The position numbers were made by a program, and so were the translations under genes. From NCBI GenBank assembly GCA_963729895.1, contig CAVSQB010000023.1:1-64000 (forward strand): a stretch of DNA of 64,000 nucleotides. Direction: 5' to 3'. The notes beneath the pieces were generated by a model, which was not told where the DNA came from, ran no database searches, and saw nothing but the letters and a program-made list of their open reading frames with translations. Below, piece by piece: positions 58,598 to 64,000 of the stretch. This DNA comes from an uncultured Fibrobacterota bacterium. GTDB lineage: Bacteria; Fibrobacterota; Chitinivibrionia; Chitinivibrionales; FEN-1185. Every line of letters begins with the position of its first letter. Positions within the stretch are counted from its first letter, which is position 1.

Positions 58598-58629
58598 TGC
58601 CCGTTTGTGACGTACGTCACAAACGGGCA
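58598..58629. promoter_or_regulatory. Perfect 32-bp palindrome with CRP-type core between tssC and hcp
   Basis: TGCCCGTTTGTGACGT/ACGTCACAAACGGGCA. Confidence 0.7.
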
Positions 58630-58637
58630 TTTTTCTT

Positions 58638-60158
58638 TTATTTCCCTTTCGGCATCTGGGACACAAGCGACAGGTTGATGTCGATGCCTTCGATTTGGAA
58701 ATGCGGCATGACCGAGAGGCTTACCCTGAAAAATCCGGGGTTGTCCTCGATTTCATTCACCGTGACTTCCGCGGCCTTGAGCGGATGCGTTGAAATCAGG
58801 TCCGGACCCGGGTCGTTCATTTCGGTGACAAGGCCCTTTATCCATCCGTTGAGTTCGTTCTGGAGCACGACTTTGTTCTTGGTAGACCCGATGTTCTCCC
58901 TCTGGATTACTTTGAGATAGTGTGCAATCCTTGATATAAGGAAAATGTACGGAAGGCGCGAATTGATGCGCATATTCGCGGTTATCATCGGGTTGTCGTA
59001 TTCGGCGGGCTTCTGGGTCGAGTTCGCCGAGAAGAAGCAGGCGTAATTCCGGTTCTTGTAGAACGAGAGCGGTATGAATCCTTCCTGGGCAAACTCGAAT
59101 TCCCTGGTCTCGGGAATAAGGATTTCCGTCGGAATCTTCATCTGTTTGCCTTTTCCCACATCGTAAATATGAACAGGCAGGTCTTCCACTTTTCCGCCGG
59201 CCTCGGGTCCGCGAATCTGGACGCACCACCCGTTTTCTACATAGGACCGTACCATGTTGGCGGCAAACGCAAAGGTCGAGTTGCCCCACAGATACTTATC
59301 GTGGTCCGTTCCCCTCACGTTCTCGGTGTAGTTGAATTCCTTCACCGGCTGCGTATCCGGGCCGTAGGGAAGGCGAAGCATAAACCGGGGAAGCATGAGG
59401 CCGACGTAACGTGCGTCTTCGGTCTGGCGGAAAGAATTCCATTTGAGAAACTCGGACCGCTCCATGTAGTTATGCAGGTCCTCGATCTTGGTAAGGTCGT
59501 GAATGGTTTCCTTGCCGAAAAATTTCGGGCTCGCAGTTCCCAGAAACGGGCAATGGCATGCCGCGGAAACTTTTGAAACGCTTTGCAGCAGCGTGATGTC
59601 CGATGGGCCGCTGTCGAATTCAAAGTTAGACACAATCGAACCGTACGGCTCGCCGCCGGGCGTATCATATTCGCTCACGTACACATGCTTGTAAAGACCC
59701 GACTGGATGGTTTCCGGCGCGTCTTCGAAGTCCTCGGCGAGGTCGTCCTTTGATACGTCGAGAATATCAAGTTTCGCATTCTTCTTGAAATCGATTCGGT
59801 CCACAAGGAACTTGAGGCTCCGCCACGAGGCTTCCATCTTCTGAAAATTGGCGTGATGCATGATCTCGTCGAGCTGGAGCGACAGCTTCCTGTCGATTTC
59901 GCCGATGTGATGGTCCAGCATCGCCTTGTCGATCTTGTCGACGTTCTGGGTGGTTGCCGCCACGCCGTCCACAAACACTGCGAGCGCCGCACTTATGCGC
60001 TCGTTGGCGTCACTGTCGGCGAGTACTTCGGTGTTCTTGTACTCCGATATATCAACTTTCTTCTTCGGAATCGAAAGGTTCATTGTCTGATAGATGTATT
60101 CGAGGCCGTGGGCGTCCTGCGCCTGCTTTCCGGCTGCTTCTTTTTCTTGTTCTGCCAT
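58638..60158 (-). CDS. tssC: T6SS contractile sheath large subunit
   Basis: FQKMEASWRSL, EYDTPGGEPYG, PRFMLRLPYG, YLWGN, GGKVEDLP, SRIAHYLK, PHFQ. Confidence 0.96.
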   Translation of the reverse strand: MAEQEKEAAGKQAQDAHGLEYIYQTMNLSIPKKKVDISEYKNTEVLADSDANERISAALAVFVDGVAATTQNVDKIDKAMLDHHIGEIDRKLSLQLDEIMHHANFQKMEASWRSLKFLVDRIDFKKNAKLDILDVSKDDLAEDFEDAPETIQSGLYKHVYVSEYDTPGGEPYGSIVSNFEFDSGPSDITLLQSVSKVSAACHCPFLGTASPKFFGKETIHDLTKIEDLHNYMERSEFLKWNSFRQTEDARYVGLMLPRFMLRLPYGPDTQPVKEFNYTENVRGTDHDKYLWGNSTFAFAANMVRSYVENGWCVQIRGPEAGGKVEDLPVHIYDVGKGKQMKIPTEILIPETREFEFAQEGFIPLSFYKNRNYACFFSANSTQKPAEYDNPMITANMRINSRLPYIFLISRIAHYLKVIQRENIGSTKNKVVLQNELNGWIKGLVTEMNDPGPDLISTHPLKAAEVTVNEIEDNPGFFRVSLSVMPHFQIEGIDINLSLVSQMPKGK

Positions 60159-60212
60159 AAGTGTATACTCCTCGTTTTAGTGTGAACGATTGCTACGCAA
60201 GGAGGCGGCGCC

Positions 60213-60710
60213 TCACTTCTGTTCCTCCGCCACGACCTTCTTGAGCTCCTCCTGCAGGGATTTCATTGCCTCAGGGTTCTTGATGATTTCCTCAAGGCGC
60301 TTGCGGAATTCCCTGTTATCGAGCAGGTTGGATTTCAGGTCCTTAAGCAGATTTCTTGCGGCAAGCAGCTTGGACAGCGCGGGGATGCTCTTGGCGACGT
60401 TTTCCGGTTTGAACGAATCCATGTTTTTCACGTTCAGGTCAACTTTCAGGTCTCCTGTGCCGGTAAGTTTGTTTTCAACATTGTAGTTGAGCTTCAGGTC
60501 CATGCTTTCCATGACCTGGGTGAAGTTTTCCTTGTTGATGCTTATCTTTTCGCGGTCGGAGACCCGATCGCTGTGCTTCTGAAAGGAGAAGTCGCCGACG
60601 ACAAGCGTTTTGAGGGGCAATTCGATTTTCTTCTTCGCGTTGCCCTTGCCGACATCAAGCTTAAGGTTAATTCGGGCAGGGGGAATTTCATTTTGAAAAC
60701 TGCCGGCCAT
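60213..60710 (-). CDS. tssB: T6SS contractile sheath small subunit
   Basis: ARINLK, IELPLKTLVVGDF, MDSFKPE, LLAARNLLKDLK. Confidence 0.95.
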   Translation of the reverse strand: MAGSFQNEIPPARINLKLDVGKGNAKKKIELPLKTLVVGDFSFQKHSDRVSDREKISINKENFTQVMESMDLKLNYNVENKLTGTGDLKVDLNVKNMDSFKPENVAKSIPALSKLLAARNLLKDLKSNLLDNREFRKRLEEIIKNPEAMKSLQEELKKVVAEEQK

Positions 60711-60741
60711 AGGAACCTACCTTTCTGAGAGGTGATTATTA

Positions 60742-62384
60742 CCTGATTCCGTGAGATAAGGTTATTAAAAACAAATTGACGGCGTTGACAAGAACGAATA
60801 TGGTTGCTAAGGCTTCTTGATAAGTTGTTGCCGGGGTGATTCCACTATGATTTGCGCTTCTGACCCCATGGTTGACAAATACACTCAACGTGTCGGTGGC
60901 GACGTTTGTTTGGTTACGGGTCTATTTCCGTTTATTGCTCTCCTTAGGTCAGCCATCCGTGGCGAACGCCAGATACGTTTGCGTCCACGCTATGCGGAGT
61001 TGATTCCGCCGCGACAGGGCAAGCATCAACCGGCGGGCATGCGTTATCACGCGTGCTGCTATGTACATAAGATCCTGAATGACCTTCCGCAATCTCCGGC
61101 GTGCAACTTTCTTACGCGGCACGTACCCCTTGTCGATTCCAACTTGGCCGCAGAGCCGCAGCATGTTGAACGCAAGAACCGCCAACGTCAACACCAATGC
61201 GTTGGTCGTGAACTTCCCGCTGGGAAGCCGCTCCAGCGCCATATCACTCTTCAGCTCCGAGTGAAACTGCTCGCTGGTGCCATGATCCCGGTACGCTGCA
61301 ATAACGTCGTCCGGGCCGGCGTTGCGTCTGCTCAGGCTCGTCCACCACGTGTGAACCTCTACATCCGGCAGCAGCAAGGCGTTTCCGTCGCGGTCGATTG
61401 TCCGTTCGATCACCTCGAACACAACGCGCATGTTTTCGCCGTTTCTTTCCCGTATTGTCTCACCAACGTACACGGTCTTGCCTTCACGAGGATGACGCCA
61501 GTCACCGAGCGCTTGAGCATCCACGAGCCATTCGTCAATAGATTCCCTGCGTATGTTCCGTTTGATTATGTAATCGACCTTTTCCTTGCGGCAGACTCGC
61601 ATGTTTTCAATATCGTCATGTCCGGCATCAAGACGCACAAGGATCGAACGATCCGTTATTTTTCGAGCAAGGGCTATGGTCTTGCGCAGAAACTCCGGAG
61701 TTCCTTCCTGGCAATGTTGTTTCCCTTCGCGCAACTCCGCGTTCAGCAGGTAGCCTTCCACGCCTATGTAGGCAAGCATCGGAGAATATCCCTCGAACAA
61801 CTTGTACGTGCAGCTTACGCCTTCCTTATGAGAACCACTGTTGTCAAAAGGAGATACGTCAGCGTCAATCGGAATATACGGTCCAAAGCAGGCGGTGAGC
61901 CGTGGCGCTGCTTTTTTCAACAGGGACGCCGAAGCGGAAAGGACTGCGTTTTGAACGGTCAGGCCCGTTTCGTCCATTCGCTGCCGCAGTGTAGCCTCGG
62001 AAGGAACCGCTTTCAATCCAAGCATCTCCTGAAAATAGTCGTCTTCACGAAACTGCTCGACCCCGTCAAAGTCTGGTTTGGCAAGACACAAAAGCCCCGT
62101 CATGGTCAGCAGCGCGTCCGCGGTGCTTATACTCCCGCTCTTCTTGTCCGGAGTAACCTGCGAAACACGCTCGCGCAAACCGGATCGCTCCGCAAGCATC
62201 CCGATCATTGCCATTCCACCATGGCTGGTCAGAAACTCGTCCGTCTCCGTGATTATCAACTTTCTCGGCTTTGGCATGACACCTTCCGGGTGAATAATGT
62301 GAACTGCCATTTAGTCAAGCACCATTCACCCTTAATCTACACGAAAAATCATCAAAATGCCAAAGTTTTTCTCACGGATTTAGG
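60742..62384 (-). mobile_element. IS1380-family insertion sequence, copy 2 (intact)
   Basis: IRs CCTGATTCCGTGAGA / TCTCACGGATTTAGG (13/15); flanks TATTA / TATGA. Confidence 0.95.
60949..62310 (-). CDS. IS1380-family DDE transposase
   Basis: LTSHGG, IDAD, GYSPM, RLDAGHD, Y..HGTSEQFHSELK. Confidence 0.93.
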   Translation of the reverse strand: MAVHIIHPEGVMPKPRKLIITETDEFLTSHGGMAMIGMLAERSGLRERVSQVTPDKKSGSISTADALLTMTGLLCLAKPDFDGVEQFREDDYFQEMLGLKAVPSEATLRQRMDETGLTVQNAVLSASASLLKKAAPRLTACFGPYIPIDADVSPFDNSGSHKEGVSCTYKLFEGYSPMLAYIGVEGYLLNAELREGKQHCQEGTPEFLRKTIALARKITDRSILVRLDAGHDDIENMRVCRKEKVDYIIKRNIRRESIDEWLVDAQALGDWRHPREGKTVYVGETIRERNGENMRVVFEVIERTIDRDGNALLLPDVEVHTWWTSLSRRNAGPDDVIAAYRDHGTSEQFHSELKSDMALERLPSGKFTTNALVLTLAVLAFNMLRLCGQVGIDKGYVPRKKVARRRLRKVIQDLMYIAARVITHARRLMLALSRRNQLRIAWTQTYLAFATDG

Positions 62385-63940
62385 TATGAGTTAAGCGAAA
62401 ATGCCTTTTTGGGATCTATTTGACTGATCTTGCTTACGATTGCGTTCTGTTTCTCGGTCATGCTCGCTTGAAGCGGAGGGGGTTTGTTCGCCCGTGCCGC
62501 TTTGAGTACCTTTACCATGATGCCCCAGGCCTCCACCGAAAGATCGGGGTCCCACTTGTCGAGGTGGTACAGCTGTATCTTGTCCGAAAGCGAGTCAAGA
62601 ATCGACAGGGCAATGTCGGGCTGCTTGACCGACATGAGCAGCGTGCACACGAGAATGGAGCGACGGAAGTTGTCCCGCTCGTTTGACGAATTGCGAATTG
62701 CATTCTGCAACAAATCAAGCGCGGCCTCGGTTTTACCCGACGAGGCAAGCTGCGTAACCTCCCGTTTCTCGTTCTCCACTTTGTCACCTGATTCTGCCGA
62801 GTCCTTTTTCGAGGCGGCCTCCTCATGGGAGAAGACCGGCATCACGACCTTTACAATCCAATCCCTGGTGGCGTCATCGCAAAAGGGGAAGCCGTCGGAG
62901 AAAGACAGCGCGGTGATGCCGGGCAACCGCTTTACAAAAAGGCCGGTTTCAGCCACGATGGCCTGCTCCACCGGTTTGTACGGTTCGCCGAGGCCCTGGC
63001 ATGCCTGAGCCGCCACGCGCTGAAGGCCAAGCCACAGGTGATTGGCCCCTGCCGTGAACGCGACCTCTTCTTTGTCAAGTGCCGCCTTAAATTCCTTGTT
63101 TGCAATCAGCGTGTTCAGCGAAGCGACCAAGTCCGCCGCGGGCGGGGCAAGCTGGGTCTTGCCGTTTTCACTCGGGGGCTCTTTTTCGAAGATGTCCCAC
63201 CGGATGGAGCGGATGAGACGGAACCCCATCGGCCTCTGCGGTTCTTTCTCAATAAGAAAGTACGCCGCCTTACGGGCGATGGCCTGGGCCTGCTTTGGCG
63301 TATCCATCGGATCGCCCGCGGTCTGGCCGGCTGCGGCAGAGCCCGGTGCGGCATCCGCCTTGGGTTTCGGTTTGCACGACTTTTCCCAGTTTTGTACCGC
63401 CGTGTAAAGCCCGGACGGGAAGGGCGAACCTTCGGGAAATTTCTCCTGCAGAATGCCCCGAAGCACGGTGAGGCCGGCCAGCAGCCTGCCGATGTGGGCA
63501 TAATCGGCTTCTTCGGGTTTTTGGGACGCAATGGTTTCGTTGTACCGCGGTTCGGACAGCCACTTGAGCGCGTTCTGCTTTGCCCGGTCGCGGTCCGGAA
63601 ACATCGCATCGTAGTTCTGCTTGCACAGTGCGGCGAACCCTTCAAAAATATCCGCGAACGGTTCCCATTTTCCATCGCGAAGATACACGAGACTCAGGAA
63701 ACAGAGCAGCCTCATGTCCTTGGATTTTTCCGCAAGGAGTTTTCTGCACGACGAATCAACAAGCGCGTAATCGATGCTGCCGATCTTCCCAATTTCGGTT
63801 TTGCACGCGTCAAAATCGGCATCGTAGTTGATGTTGACGCCCATCGGGGCATCGCCGGGAATGGGCTTTACTATAATGTCAAGAAGCTCGGAAATGGCAT
63901 TTCCCCTTGGATACTGGTATCGGATCGCTGCCAAACACAA
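62372..63940 (-). CDS. tssA: T6SS TssA (ImpA_N domain)
   Basis: PIPGDAPMG.NINYD, LLAEKSKDMRL, LWLGLQ, FSDGFPF; last codons supplied by the IS; start uncertain. Confidence 0.88.
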   Translation of the reverse strand: MCLAAIRYQYPRGNAISELLDIIVKPIPGDAPMGVNINYDADFDACKTEIGKIGSIDYALVDSSCRKLLAEKSKDMRLLCFLSLVYLRDGKWEPFADIFEGFAALCKQNYDAMFPDRDRAKQNALKWLSEPRYNETIASQKPEEADYAHIGRLLAGLTVLRGILQEKFPEGSPFPSGLYTAVQNWEKSCKPKPKADAAPGSAAAGQTAGDPMDTPKQAQAIARKAAYFLIEKEPQRPMGFRLIRSIRWDIFEKEPPSENGKTQLAPPAADLVASLNTLIANKEFKAALDKEEVAFTAGANHLWLGLQRVAAQACQGLGEPYKPVEQAIVAETGLFVKRLPGITALSFSDGFPFCDDATRDWIVKVVMPVFSHEEAASKKDSAESGDKVENEKREVTQLASSGKTEAALDLLQNAIRNSSNERDNFRRSILVCTLLMSVKQPDIALSILDSLSDKIQLYHLDKWDPDLSVEAWGIMVKVLKAARANKPPPLQASMTEKQNAIVSKISQIDPKKAFSLNSYLNP

Positions 63941-64000
63941 AACTAAAATATAGTAATCGCACTATGGCACAATAGTCTTTTCGATGACAAATGACCGGGC

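Noticed and set aside
60817..62394. 525-aa antisense ORF over IS1380, and 406-aa antisense ORFs over both IS5 copies
   Set aside because: Shadow frames of the transposases with no recognisable motifs

Overview
64-kb chromosomal segment of a Gram-negative bacterium. Gene content suggests the FCB group, possibly Fibrobacterota, but this is inference only. Left to right: a damaged IS1380 truncating a histidine kinase; pal, a GH76-like hydrolase, punA-ileS-lpxL-lptC; an IS110 element inserted in a hairpin between lptC and lptA; lptAB; IS5; rpoN-lipA-hpf-mlaD-HPr-hom-thrC; a second IS5; an apgM-like gene and a sugar transferase; a ~15-kb nickel/cobalt uptake island (nikR, TonB/ExbBD/DUF3450/TPR module, two TonB-dependent receptors separated by a His/CxxC/RAPP leader peptide, tandem NikR-type operators, nikMNQO/cbiMNQO); a sigma54 two-component system with its probable target; a RACo/ASKHA protein; trpS; an SPFH/zinc-ribbon operon; secreted lamin-tail and LamG proteins; and a type VI secretion tssA-tssB-tssC-hcp block with an intact IS1380 inserted at the tssA stop codon. 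Best leads: (1) a folded RNA in the IS110 right end whose internal loop is complementary to its own insertion site (bridge/seekRNA candidate); (2) the RAPP ribosome-arrest metal-sensing leader inside a NikR-type regulon; (3) a three-copy composite structured intergenic repeat with compensatory base pairs, hit twice by IS5.
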